A stretch of 64,000 nucleotides of DNA from Carpediemonas membranifera BICM (taxonomy: Eukaryota; Protista; Fornicata): assembly GCA_019828565.1 (NCBI GenBank), contig JAHDYR010000012.1, positions 1,421,780-1,485,779 on the forward strand, in the 5' to 3' direction. The position numbers and the translations under genes were made by a program. The stretch's first letter is position 1; every line of letters begins with the position of its first letter. Below are positions 1-12,188 of the stretch, piece by piece. The notes below the pieces were generated by a model that had not been told where the DNA came from, did no database searches, and saw nothing but the letters and a program-made list of their open reading frames with translations.

Positions 1-28
1 CGCATCTAAGGGGAGTCCCGATGGAGTC

Positions 29-388
29 ATGTTGGCTGGCAGTAATGACAGTACCGATGACGACTTGTTCGACCCCGTCATTGCATCGTGCATCAGTAGT
101 CTGGAAAGCGAGACCGATCCGCAGATTCAACAGCTTGTGGCAGATATGCGCGCTGATCACATGGTGAATATTTTTGCGATTGCTACATCGCTTTTGAATC
201 ACTTTGGATGCAATGCAGCATACGTGTTGATCAATGATGTTGTACTGCCCAAGGTTGCGGGATACAAGCCCATGTCTGCAGTGACTCTCAATAACCCAGA
301 TGCTTACCCTCAGATTAAGGGTGACGGCTTACATTTCACCATCACTCTACCGTCCTTGGTAGATGAGTGGGAGGAAGTAGGTGATTAA
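29..388 (+). CDS. hypothetical protein (possibly 5'-partial)
   Basis: 119-aa ORF with protein-like composition followed by AT-rich sequence; no motif recognised. Confidence 0.3.
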   Translation: MLAGSNDSTDDDLFDPVIASCISSLESETDPQIQQLVADMRADHMVNIFAIATSLLNHFGCNAAYVLINDVVLPKVAGYKPMSAVTLNNPDAYPQIKGDGLHFTITLPSLVDEWEEVGD

Positions 389-1009
389 AGACATTAGGTT
401 CTTACCTTACCTTACCTTATCAGTAAATCCATTTCTCCTCAATTGAGGAGAACTACACTCAAGTAGAAAATGATGGTTTATTTGTGCGTAACAGAAACAA
501 AACGGCGCGGGGGACGTAGCAGCCGCCAGTAGCCAGGGCTGCACTCATGCTACAATCCTTGTAGCTGTCACATCGAATGCATTTTAAGGTACATCATACA
601 CACACATGGTTTCCACCAAATTAACCGGCCCATCTCTTGCAGCAATCATCCCTCGGTCCCATTTTCGACCCGCGAAAAAATGTAGATGGGGTCAACCCAC
701 CCCAAGGCCGCGGATGATTGGGCTGAAAGTGGGCGTGCGTAGACGCCATCTATGGATGCATGCATGCATCACACCGCGAGCCATTCAAAGGGCTTGGGGT
801 GGGGGTCGGGGGCGCGGACTGCCGACCCTCCCCAGTGTACCTTACCCCGGCCCTCGCCATGCAGTAAGACCGAGTACTACATGTTTCTGATCCCATTCTT
901 GAGCTTATGCAGTGGGTTAAAACATTTCGATTGTTTATACCTTGGTCTCGAAATCGCTCTGAGAAATATGTCCGAAGCTCGCAGTCGTCATCACCTCAAC
1001 TTGACCTCG

Positions 1010-3427
1010 GATTCCGAAGTGGACATACCGTAGGAACTGTTCGAAGTGCTTGACCCCTTCCTTGATGGCGAACGCCTCCTTCTGGGTCATGTTCCACCTC
1101 GCCCTTGACGTGTCTTCCTGGATGGCTTTGGAGAAGTACCCAACCGGAAGGAGCTTGTCGCCCCGCTTGGCCATGAGGACTGCACCCACTCCGTGTTCGC
1201 ACGCGTCAGTGTATAGCTCGAGTGGTTCTTCTGCCCCAGGAATGCACAATGCCTCGGCCTTCGCAATCTCAGCCTTGATGGTGTTAACGGCTTCGACGCA
1301 CTCCGGTGTCCAGTCTCGCTCGAACAATGCGTCCTTCTTCTCTAAGCGATGAAGGCACCTCTCACGCCACGCCAGGTGGGGTATACAGTCGTGCACGAAG
1401 TTGACTGTACCCAGGAACCCCCTGACCGCAGGAATGGAGTCTGGCATGGGCATGCTCTGGATGTGCTCGACCCGCTTCGGGTCAATCCGCTTGTGCTCTC
1501 CGCTAACAATCCATCCCACATACTCGATCTCCTCCTTGTCAAACACGCACTTCGCCTCGCCCAGTCCCACCTTGTGCTTAAGGAGCCGGTCGACCACCTC
1601 GTCCAGGTTGGCGTCATGCTGCTTCTGGTCGGCTCCGAACACGACTATATCGTCTATGTACACGAGGCACGCGCGCCCGATAAGGTCACCCAGTACAGAC
1701 TCGATGGCCATCTGCATGTGGGCCGCCGCGCACTTGAGCCCAAACGGTATCCTGTTGTATTCAAACTGACCTTCCTGCGTCGCGAACGCTGTGAGGCCCT
1801 TCGAACCCTCATCCAACTCAACCTGGTTGAACGCGGCCTTCAAGTCCAGCGTACTGAACTTGGTGTTGCCCTCCAGCATCTCTATCAGTGAGGAGATGGT
1901 GGGCAGCGGGTAGTCATAGTCAACTGTCAGCTTGTTCAGCTGCCGATAGTCACATAGTCTCTTGTCTCCCCCTTTCTTGTCGGCAAGCACCACCCTCGAG
2001 GCGTACGGGCTAAGTGACGGGCGTATCACCCCCTTCCTCAACATGCCAGCCACCTCCTGACGCACCCACGCTGCATCCTCGACGCCCATCTTCTTCGGCC
2101 ATGCCCTGAACGGCCTCGCGTCCGTTGCCAGCTTGAGCTGGAACATGGGTAAGTCAGCTGCCGTTCCCTCCCTACCGTACGCGTAGAGCCGCTGCAGCTT
2201 CTCCCCACGCGTGCCCGGTACTGTTGTGGCTGTCAGCTTGTCAGCCATGTCGGACACCACTATGCCCCGCTTGACTAGGGTGTCGTAGCCAACAGAAAGC
2301 ACGTCTGGCTCGACTACACACCACTCCTTCGGCATCCCCCCGAGCGTGGCCGTCACCCGCCCGACCACCGGCACGGGTTGGTCGCCGATGCCCTCAACTT
2401 GCCTTATTTCACCCGGCTCTTGGATAGTAAGCCCGAGGTCCGCCGCCCTCGCTGCCGACATGAGGTTGACCCCGGCGCCCGAGTCCAGCAACGCCTTTGC
2501 TCTGACCCCTTGCACGTCCACCCATCGTGTCCACGTGCTGCACCCACTGTTGACCGCATACGCCGTCGCTGTCTCCCCTCGTGCGGCACTCTTCTCACCC
2601 GAAGCACCAACACCAACCTGATACGCCCGGTCATTTACATGAGCAGGGCAGTCCCTGGCTACGTGGCCCTCCTTCATACACCGGAAGCACACCGGGTTCG
2701 GGCGGGGGCACACGTCTGCCAGATGGCCACGGTCGCCACACTTATAACACCTCGCGGTGCGTGGGGCGACGACCATGGCAGGGACACCAGGGGCGGGCTG
2801 GACGGGGCGGCGCTCAGCTAACTCCCGGGCCGTCTTAAGGACGATGGTTGCAGCGGCATCGATGGACAGTGCCTCGCGCACATCATCCTCGACGCGACGT
2901 CGCAGCTCTGCGTCGCCGATGGCGTCGGCGAGGAGACGACGGGCGCGAGAGTCGGACACGAACGCATCTCCGCAGATGCGACGCGCCTCCCTGAAGCGCC
3001 GGAGGTGAGCAGTGACGTCGGCGGGGTACGCACTCAGCATCTTTCCCGTCAGTAGTCTCTCGTGACCCTCCCTGGTCACGGGGCGCACAGCTGCCTCGCA
3101 CAGGCCCATCCAGGCCCTGCGACGACGGCTGTTACGCTCTGCTCGCGTCTCCTCTTGTTCCGAGTCTGAGGAGGATGACGAAGAGGTCTCGTCGGATGAA
3201 GAGTCGGAGAAGTATCCCGAGTCCACGCGGGGAGGATCGTAGTCCTCGACGTTGCTAATACCGTACTCCATCAATGCCTGGCGCTTGATCATCGCCGCCA
3301 AGGCAATGGTGGAAGGGTCTGGCACGGCGCGAGGATCGGTACGCGTCATACCACAGCATGAACTCGATGTAGGAGTCGATATCGAGGGAGTCCAATCTCC
3401 TTGTCTTGTCACTCGTCGGTTTCGGGG
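1010..3427 (-). pseudogene. Ty3/gypsy element C, gag-pol fragment (Zn knuckles, protease, RT, partial RNase H)
   Basis: CYKCGDRGHLADVC and CFRCMKEGHVARDC knuckles, LLDSGA protease, LVYIDD RT, LYTDAC RNase H; breaks off near 1010; gag start displaced to 9402 by insertion of element A. Confidence 0.9.
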
Positions 3428-3552
3428 TGTCATGGGTCTCACCCAAGATTACACAGATTCATATATGATATTAGTTAGTCAAGGAGTTTCTCCTCGACAC
3501 CATTGTGTCGAGTCTTCTCCTCTTGTAAACATAGTTCGTCAAACGAACCACA
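3428..3552 (+). repeat. 5' LTR of element A
   Basis: Direct repeat of 9267-9391, TGTCATGG...AACCACA. Confidence 0.95.
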
Positions 3553-3591
3553 ATACTAGTATTCCACGTTTTGATGACGCTCTATAACAAT

Positions 3592-6500
3592 ATGCCTATG
3601 CTAAAGAAGACGACCATTGAGTCGTTAGTCCGATTCGCCGAGGATTTGTCCGAGTACCGAGCCAAAGGCGGTGATGCCGACGTTGCCGACATGATTGACA
3701 CCGAAGTCCAACGGTACGCTGACGCTCTCGGCTTTAACCTCTTCGCCAAGGCCTCTGAAGCCATCCCCTCGGCTGAGGCCTCTGTCCCCGTGAACGATGA
3801 AGGTTCACCAGTAGCCGGAACGCCTAAAGACGACGAGCAACCCCTCCAGCAGTCCCTCATCCTAATCGCAGCTGTCCGAAAGACGCACAAGCGTAAGCGC
3901 AAGGCCAAGCGTCTCGCTAAAGACGACCGCGTCCTCAAGCGACTCGGTAGAGCACTGCAACCGTCCCGTTTTTCTGCCCGTCTCGACTTGTTCCGTCTCT
4001 CCATCTCGTCCTTTACTCCGCAGGAGGTGGTTCGAGTGAACCGACGGTTCAGAACCCTCCTCTCCCTTATTGATCCCGGGGTAGACTCTGAGATCCTCTG
4101 CGACACCTACGCGCGTTGCTTTAAGCTACCCGATAATTCGCGCGTTCAGTACAAGGTTAAGGATCTCACCGAAGGCTTCTCCCTCGAACAGGCTATGCCG
4201 CGGGTGATTGATATCGCTCGCGACATCGAGGAATCCCGTGCCATGCTGCGTTCCATCGGAATGACCGACAAGCAGTCGTCAACCAAGGCTAAATCGGGCA
4301 AACCCCATCGCGGTCTTCACCACGAACCCACCCATCCCGCCCCCAAGCCAATCGCCAAGCCTCATCATCAGGATAAGCCAGCCGCAAGAGCCCCGAACCA
4401 ACGAGGAGAGGGCAAGCGCGAGCTGGTGTGCTACAACTGCGGCGAGACGGGCCACCCATCCTTCAAGTGCCCGCGGGATCGTGCCACATGCCCGGTTTGC
4501 AAGAAGCAGGGTCACCTCGAGAAGTTCTGCCGTTTTAAGTCCCCAGTAAACGGGGCGAAGTGTTTATTTTCCGCTGCGTCAGGTGGAGGGTCGTTGCCTG
4601 TAGTCAATGGAGTCATCGAGAAGGCCGAAGTGAAGGTCTTACTAGACTCTGGTGCTGACTGTGCCACGATATCTCCCGATCTGTGCTCCTCGCCAGCCGT
4701 TACCTGGATCAACCACGATACTGTACGCATCCAAACGGCAGGTGGAATACGAGAAGCTGAAGGCACCGTATCGGTGCAGATCACGTTGAGGCCATCTCCC
4801 GTCACGCCACGTGGCTGCGAGCTGAAGATCCGCGCTTTCGTTCTCAAAACTGCGTACGAAGTCAGTTTTGGTTACAGCCAGATGGTAGAGATCGGACTGC
4901 TGCCCTCAATGGCCCAGCCTAGCAACTCGGAGAGCGAAGCAACTGAGGATCCTCCCGTCCCGAGCAAGTTTGAAGCTAAGGCTCTTACCCTCCCCGATGG
5001 TATCGCGAGCCAGCAGATCAAGCTGCTCAAGGAGTACGAAGACCTCTTCCGTGACCGTACTGAACCGAGCAAGCTCGAGCCCTACGACCTATGCCTCAAG
5101 GGCGATCGAGTCGTCCACGTACGTCCCTACTATGTTCCGCCCCCAAAGGTCCCGGTTGTCAAGGAACACATCGATACCCTTCTGGCCAAGAGGTATATAC
5201 AGGCGTGTCAATCGGCCTATTCCAGCCCAACTATCATCGTACCCAAGAAGGGTGGCAAGACTCGCTTTGTCGTCGACTTTCGTGAAGTCAACACCATGAC
5301 AGAGCCATTTGATTACCCCATCCCTCGAATTGACGAAGTTATCACACAAATTTCGGGTAAGCGAGTGTTCGCGACGCTCGATCTGTCTGCCGGCTACCAC
5401 CAGATCGCCCTTACTGAGCGTTGCCGGAAGTATACCGCGTTCAGGACAACCTTCGGCCAGTTCCAATATACACGGATGCCCTTTGGGTTTCGCAATGCCG
5501 GTGCTTTCTTTCAGAGAGCGATGGAAAACGCGTTCAGAGGGCTACTTGGGACCGCCTGCATCATTTACATCGACGACGTGATCGTCATGGGTGCCACGCC
5601 AGAGGAATACATCGAGAACCTGAGGAAGGTCCTCCTGCGCGCCCGTGAGTACAAGCTCCAGCTCGGAAGGGACAAGTGTCAGTTCGGTCGGGCCGAGGTG
5701 GAGTTCCTCGGCTGGATCATTTCCGAGGGGTCAGTCAGGATCTCACCAGAGAGAGTCAACGATATCCAAGACATGAAGCTGTCGCCTACAGTCAAGGGGA
5801 TGCAAGGTCTAGTCGGATTCTTTGACTACTTCCGCGACTTCGTACCGAACTACGCGACCCGCGCCAAGCCACTCGTGTCTGCAACGACTAACCGTACGGC
5901 CGTGCCAGAGAAAGAGCTAGAGGCTGCCCTAGCGGATATCAAAGAAACTTTGTGCTCGGCAGATTCTTTGGCGATGTTCGACGCGACCAAACCACATGTC
6001 GTGATGACTGACGCATCCGACGTGGGGTACGGGGCTGTCCTCCTGCAGAGGGTCGCCCCGTGTGTTATATGTCCAAAGCCTTCACAGACGTCCAATCCAG
6101 ATGGAGTGTCGGCGAGAAGGAAGCCTTTGCGATTGTGTCAGCCCTTCAGAAGTGGAGGAAGTTCTTGTCCTGGGAGAGATTCGAGCTCCTGACCGACCAT
6201 CGCAACCTCTTGTACATGTATAGGTCGAGTAACGCTAAGGTGCGTAGATGGGCCGATTCTATTGCAGACCTAGATTTCGAATTGAAGCACGTGGCCGGTT
6301 TAGACAACGGGGGAGCCGACGGTCTGTCGCGCGTATTCTCGCTAGCGTCAGTTGATGAGATCAGCAAAGCCCACCTGTTCGGTAACGCCCACCTCTCCGG
6401 ACGGTTAACCATGGAACGTTTGCGGGAAGCCGGTGTCTCAGTTACTCGCCGTGACGTTTACGACTACGTCGCCAAGTGCCCTGTCTGCCAGGTCTTGGAG

Positions 6501-7535
6501 AGACCGCCTGTTGAAAAAACAGACGGTCTACACACGGCTGTGGATGCACCGTTCCAGCGGGTGGCAATCGATACTCTAGGTCCGCTCCCGGAGCGTGACG
6601 GCTACAAATACGTCCAAGTCATGATAGACATGTGTTCCAGGTGGACGGAGCTAGCCCCCGTCAAGTCTACCACCGCACGCGACGCCGTGGATGCCTTCGT
6701 CAACACTCTCATGAAGAAGCTGGCACAGGACATGGGGTTCGAGACACTCGTTACCACCGCGCATCACCCTCAGTCCAACGGAATGGTTGAGAGAGCTAAC
6801 CAGATGGTCGAGAGAGTGCTCAAGGCAAGGAAGTTTGAGCTCAGAAACGGCAATTGGCGTCAGCATTTACCGGTTGCGCAGTTTATCGTCAATTCCATGC
6901 CAAGACAACCAACACGCCTTTCCCCCGCCGAGATACTGTTCGGGAGCAACATGGCGGTGCCGGAGAAGTTATACGTTACCGAGAACAGCACGTCAGCTCG
7001 TACGTCGCATCTCCTCGCTGCCGAAGCCGCTACACAATTGGCCAAGGCACGTGTCCTGGCCATGCGCGAAGACGCGTTGGCGAAGGCCTCCACCACCCGC
7101 ACGGAGATCTTGTCACGATTTGTGCTCGTGAAATATCCCTCGCGCAGACAAGCTTTCCCCGGGCTGGAGAGGCCTATGCGACGAGTGTCTTCTGTCAAGC
7201 AGAGCGGTGTTGTAGTAGCCTACATGGTGAAAGACTTAGGTCAGCCCGGAGCGGAACCCATCCGGGTCGATGCGTCTCGCGTCAGAAAGTTCGTCCCCGG
7301 CACCCTATCAGAGGAACAGATCAAGCAGGTGGCGGCCGCCGGCGTGGAGGAGTGGTATATCGACCGGATATCCAAGTCGCGTGGCACGGGCTCGGTCTCA
7401 AAGAGAGAGTACCTTGTCCATTGGCAAGGATTTGAAGACTCCGAGGCTACCTGGGAGCCATACCGCTCCCTTAGAGATGCTGCTGCTCTGGATGACTTCT
7501 TGTCGTCCGCTCAGGCCAAGTCGGAAGGGTTGTAA
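3592..7535 (+). CDS. gag-pol of element A (gag, PR, RT, RNase H, integrase, chromodomain); frameshift near 6050, internal integrase deletion
   Basis: CYNCGETGHPSFKC, LLDSGA, IYIDD, MTDASD, H-H-CPVC, AIDTLGP, NGMVER, C-terminal YLVHWQGFEDSEATWEP chromodomain. Confidence 0.92.
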
Positions 7536-7578
7536 ACCCTCCTATTCTCATCTCGCCTGATTTATTGTTGATTAGTTG

Positions 7579-8734
7579 TTAGATTCGGCGGCCCCGACCA
7601 GCGAAGGCAGGTCCAGTACTGCGCGGTTCAACCCCGTGACGAGCAAGGTGCGCTACCTCTTCAGGCAATTCTAGCAACTCCGGCGTCGGGTACGACCGTG
7701 TCACAAACCTGTAGTCTTCCCATTTCAACGTGAGGAGTCGACCACCCGGGCCGTTGCGACTGCCAACAACTCGTTCCAGTCGATAAGTACGGAGCTCATC
7801 AGTGAACTGGAGCCCTCCGTCGCCCGTAGTCATGAGTACCGGTACCCACTGTGGATGGGCTTTGAATACCCGCATGACCAAGCGGAATCGCTTCTCCATC
7901 TCCGGTATATCAGAGGACCGGTAGCAAGCCTCTTGAAGCAAAACCATAGACTCCCGGGAAGACGGCTAAGGCCAGGAGGTGGCAGAGGGACTTGTCACCC
8001 CTACCAGGGAGCTTGCGTCGGATAGCGTCCATCTCATGGTGCCAAGTGGCGGCGCGATGCAGGTCCAGTTCATGTAGTGCCTGGGCAAGTTTCATGAAGG
8101 CCTGAAGATCGAGCAACACGCGACGCGCACAAGAAACACACTTAAGTTGGCGTTCGACGTCTTCGAGGGAGAACTCACGCTCGAACCGCTGTTCACGGAG
8201 AGAATTCATAAGCGGGGTGAGTTTTAGAGCAATCGAATGGGCGTGCTCGCCCAACAGCCGATGGACCAGCCGGTTCAAGTCCGAAACGTCCGTTCCTGAG
8301 GCGTGGGAGAGCTGGCGAACCGTAGTAGTCACTTCAGCAGGCTGGTTGGCTTCGGGCTGGCCGTCTGGCAGCGTTGGGGAGCTGTCATTCCCCGGGGCAT
8401 CGTCCGAAGAAGTCGGCGATTCGTCTTCTTCGCTGTCATCGTTCGAGCTCTCGTCTACCGACGAAGCGGGCTCTGAGTGCCACACGGGACGGCGCACAAG
8501 CCTCTTGCGCCTCCTGTAGCCCGGCGCTACGCGTGACGATCGCAGATTTTGGATTTCGGAGCCCAATGTTGCACAACGGCGCTGCAGAGAACGCATTCGA
8601 GGATCATCAGATTCCTCAGAAGTAGAACTAGCTGCAGCAACCGGGCCAATTCCCCCAAATGGTCCGTCACCATTTGCACCAAGATTGGTGCAAAATGAAA
8701 CATCCCAATCCCGGATGGAAAGCCGCTCAAACAT
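7579..8734 (-). CDS. antisense accessory ORF of element A (frameshift near 7930), C-terminal chromodomain-like segment
   Basis: Overlapping 274-aa and 122-aa ORFs between pol and the 3' LTR; YRLERVVGSR...LTLKWEDY; same position as the antisense ORF of element B. Confidence 0.6.
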
Positions 8735-9266
8735 GGAGTTATGATCTCTTTATTGTTGTCTTGATGTTGTTTAGTCGTTTAGTTGCTCTATCGGAGCGCA
8801 GTCGTGGTGTGAATTCACGCTGCAAAGAAAAAGGCTCGTATCTCGCCGTTGAGGCCTCGTTGAGGCCTGAAAATGCCATTTTCAGCACCAAACTGATTAA
8901 TGGCGCAAACAGTTGGAAAGGGGCGGTGTTTCACCATCGTTGTGTTTGGATGGCCATAACCTGCACCCAAGCATTTTAAGGTACGTCACATTTCGATTTT
9001 CGGCGAGGAAAAGCCGAGGAGGGGCAGAACCCCTATGGTAGGATCCTTCTAACCCAGCGGTACCGCGCGATTGTAAGCCGTGCTATTTTGCACGTCGTTG
9101 TGCTTCTTGTTGTGTCCCCGCCAAGGTCGCAAAAAAGGGGCTCGATCGGTGGTTGGCACCCACCAGGACCGGCCCCCAAGAGCCAACATTCACCCCCACT
9201 GGCAGTAGCCAGCCGTCAAAGCTCACGCTGTCTGGGGTCATGCCTCATTGAGGCATGGAGGGGCAG

Positions 9267-9391
9267 TGTCATGGGTCTCACCCAAGATTACACAGATTCA
9301 TATATGATATTAGTTAGTCAAGGAGTTTCTCCTCGACACCATTGTGTCGAGTCTTCTCCTCTTGTAAACATAGTTCGTCAAACGAACCACA
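9267..9391 (+). repeat. 3' LTR of element A
   Basis: Direct repeat of 3428-3552. Confidence 0.95.
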
Positions 9392-9513
9392 GGGGCTTGC
9401 ATGCAGTTATATAACTGAAGTTCGGAACCGTGGCTCGGAATGCTTTACAGGTTTCACCCTATGGCTAATATGGTCTAAACCGACCTCTCTACACACGTAA
9501 CACGTAAATCACA
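9392..9513 (-). mobile_element. 5' part of element C (gag start codon and probable 5' LTR)
   Basis: Removing A and one GGGG copy restores ATG CAA GCC CCG AAA CCG (MQAPKPTSDKTRRL...); the outer LTR boundary is uncertain. Confidence 0.6.
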
Positions 9514-9789
9514 ACAAGGATGATGAAGTGCCGCAATTAGCGTTTTTATCTTGAGGTTCAAGCGCTGTTAGCCCATAAAGCCAATGCCATTGAGGGTCGA
9601 GTTGGGTCGACCGAGCATCGAGGTGGGCGGAGGGCGCCGGACCGCGCGCTACCGGAATACGTGGAGTGAGTATCGCTCTGCTGATTCCAGGAGCGCGCTG
9701 TCCGTTCACGTCCGACTCGTCATTTGGGGTCGAGTCACAACTCGGCCCCTTATGTCTCATGAATCTTCCTTGCCAGGTGGGGCCATTTT

Positions 9790-11788
9790 GCCATGAATAG
9801 GATAAAGAGAGTGGGGGCGAGTACACACCCTTGCTTCACTCCTCTGTTCGTCTTCTTCCATGATCTTGCCCCCTTGACGGAGATCCACGTTTCTGTCAGC
9901 GTGCTCTGGATAGCTCTGACCAGGTGCTCCTTCACACCCATCCCGTATAGCTTGTCCATCAAGATGTCCCTTGGGACTGTATCATAAGCCTTCTCGATGT
10001 CCAAGAATACTGACGTGGTTTCCCCTCCTTCTTGATGGCGCTGTACTATGTATTGGATTTGTTGGATCACATCTTTGTTAGCTTGGAACCCCGCCTGCTC
10101 TCTGGGTATGAATTTCCATGCGGCATCCTCTAGCCTTTTCTTCAGTAGTCTGCCGTAGACTCTGTACAGGATTGGTGTTAGCGAGATAGGCCTATACGAT
10201 TCCGCCTTGACTCTGGGTTTCCCAGTCTTGTGGATAGCAGATACCGTTGCATACTTCCACACTTCCGGTATTCTTTCCTCGTCGTAGATTCGGTCAAAGA
10301 ACTTTGTTAGCTGTTCGTACACATAGCTGTCCAGGCTCCTAACCATATCTCCTGATGTGTTGTCCGGTCCTGTTGCTGTGTCTGCTTTGATGCGTCTGAT
10401 AGCCTCTCTGATCTCTTCTGTCTTAAACTCCTTCCCAGCTTGCCCCGCCACGTTTTCCATTCCGGCTCATCTCCCTTACTTACCTTTGCGTATTGCTCGA
10501 GGAGGATTTCACTGATAGCTTCTTTGTCGGCGGTGATCTTGCCGTCCTTTAGCAGGCTTCCCGGCATGCCCTTGTATTGATTTTTACACCACCAGCGTCT
10601 GACCGCCGCCTCGACGTTTGCCCTCAACGTTTTGTATCCTTCCTTGGAGCTCATGCCTAGCTCATCCACCCATTTCTCTCTACGCTTGTTCCAGTACTCC
10701 GATAGCCTGTCTTTCATGATAGCCAACCTTGTCGTGTTGCCTGCCTCAGACCACGTTGTGCGCTGCAGCTTGTTCCATACTCCGCTGGGGAAGACTTCGC
10801 TCGTCTCCTTCGGTTCCCTGGTCCGGGTTGGCTTCCCCACGGATATTCTGATAGCTTCTTCCCATTGGTCAATGGACTGTCCCTCCCTAAGTGTCTTGAT
10901 GGTAGTAGGGTTTCCTCTCTTCTTCATCTTCCAGGTGGTGACCTCCGGGACTTCCAGCTGGGGGTCCGCCCTGGGCTCAGTTTCCGGGTACCTCGGCTCG
11001 TCCCACGATATTCTGATAGCCTTGTGGGAGGAACCCCACACTCCTATTGTCTGGGGCTCTACCGTCTCCACCTTTGCTTCTCGGATGCCCTCCGAGACCA
11101 TCGCGAAGTCCGGTCTAGATTTCCCAGATGGGTACGTGTGGTCGCTTGTGTACACTGCCCGGAGCTTGAACCTAGCCATTAAGTCCTTCCATCTGATAGC
11201 TCTGCTAGCCCTATCGGGTTTCATGTTCCAGTCTCCAATTATGATAGCTTCCATGTCGCCCTTCATGTCTAAGATGTCCTGCAGGTCAGCCTTGAACTTG
11301 TCCTTGACCTCTTTCTTCTTATCAGTAGTCGGGCCATACACGTTGATGATCAATAGGTCCCGACTGGTTCTGAGTATGCTAGCCTGTATCCTGCCCGACA
11401 GGCTGTCTGTGATTCCGACTTACCATTCTCCCTTGGCGTGTGGGCTGATCACTGTGCCTATACCTTTCCTTGTGCCCTTCCACCTTGGCAATGGGACTTC
11501 TTCTGTTAGCCCGAACCGCTTATTGATGCGTCGATGTCTGTTAGCTTCTCTTCTGCTCTTCTCGTTCTCTGCTAGCAGGTTTTCTTCTGTTTCTCGACCA
11601 GCCATGGCATAATCGAAGTCCGCAAAGCAGTGGATCCTCGTGTTAGCCGTGCGCCATGTTTCTTGGATGCATAACGCTTCTGTATTCTTGATTCTCGCTT
11701 GTAGTGCTGTGGCGATGGATGCAGTAAAGTCTTTCCCTTTCCCAATGTGACCTTGAGAGTTGAGACTGATTATACTAGTTCTTTCCAT
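9790..11788 (-). pseudogene. LINE ORF2 (AP endonuclease + partial RT), two frameshifts
   Basis: ISLNSQG, LCIQETW, IINVYGP, IIGDWN, RPDF, SSH; TGPDN, YRPISL, EQAGF, FLDIEKAYD, GVKQGCVLAPTLF; ends before the YADD motif. Confidence 0.9.
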
Positions 11789-12188
11789 GTTGATTCTGCT
11801 TGGTTCTTATCCTGCGAATTTCCTAGAATTTCTGATAGCCGCGTCCTAACGGGGGCCTCAGTGCCGGCTCAGGTGATCCCCGTTAGGCCAACTTCTTGTG
11901 CTCTGGTGACCATTGAGTTCTCTGGCAATTGACTTAGGAGGGGGCGCTTTGGCGTGACCCCCCTTTGGCTGTCGCTGCAGCCCACTGGCAGTGCCCTTCT
12001 TGGCTAATGCCAGGTCCTGGGTGGGAGCCAGGATTGTGTTTGTAAAAGAATCTGATAATTTTCTGTTGTTGAAGAAGAGGGTCTGGGAGATGGTCTGTGG
12101 GGCGGCCTGGGACCTTGGTCAGTCGTGGTGCCGACAAACCGTCTTCTGATAGCTTCGAGCTTATCGGGCATCCCTGTGTTGGCGTACC

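Larger units (their letters stand above)
3428..9391 (+). mobile_element. full-length Ty3/gypsy chromovirus-like LTR retrotransposon A
   Basis: Two apparently identical 125-bp TG...CA LTRs (3428-3552, 9267-9391), GGGG TSD, PPT GGAGGGGCAG before the 3' LTR, gag-pol inside. Confidence 0.95.

Noticed and set aside
401-420. (CTTAC)n as telomeric repeat
   Set aside because: Only about four units, internal, no other support
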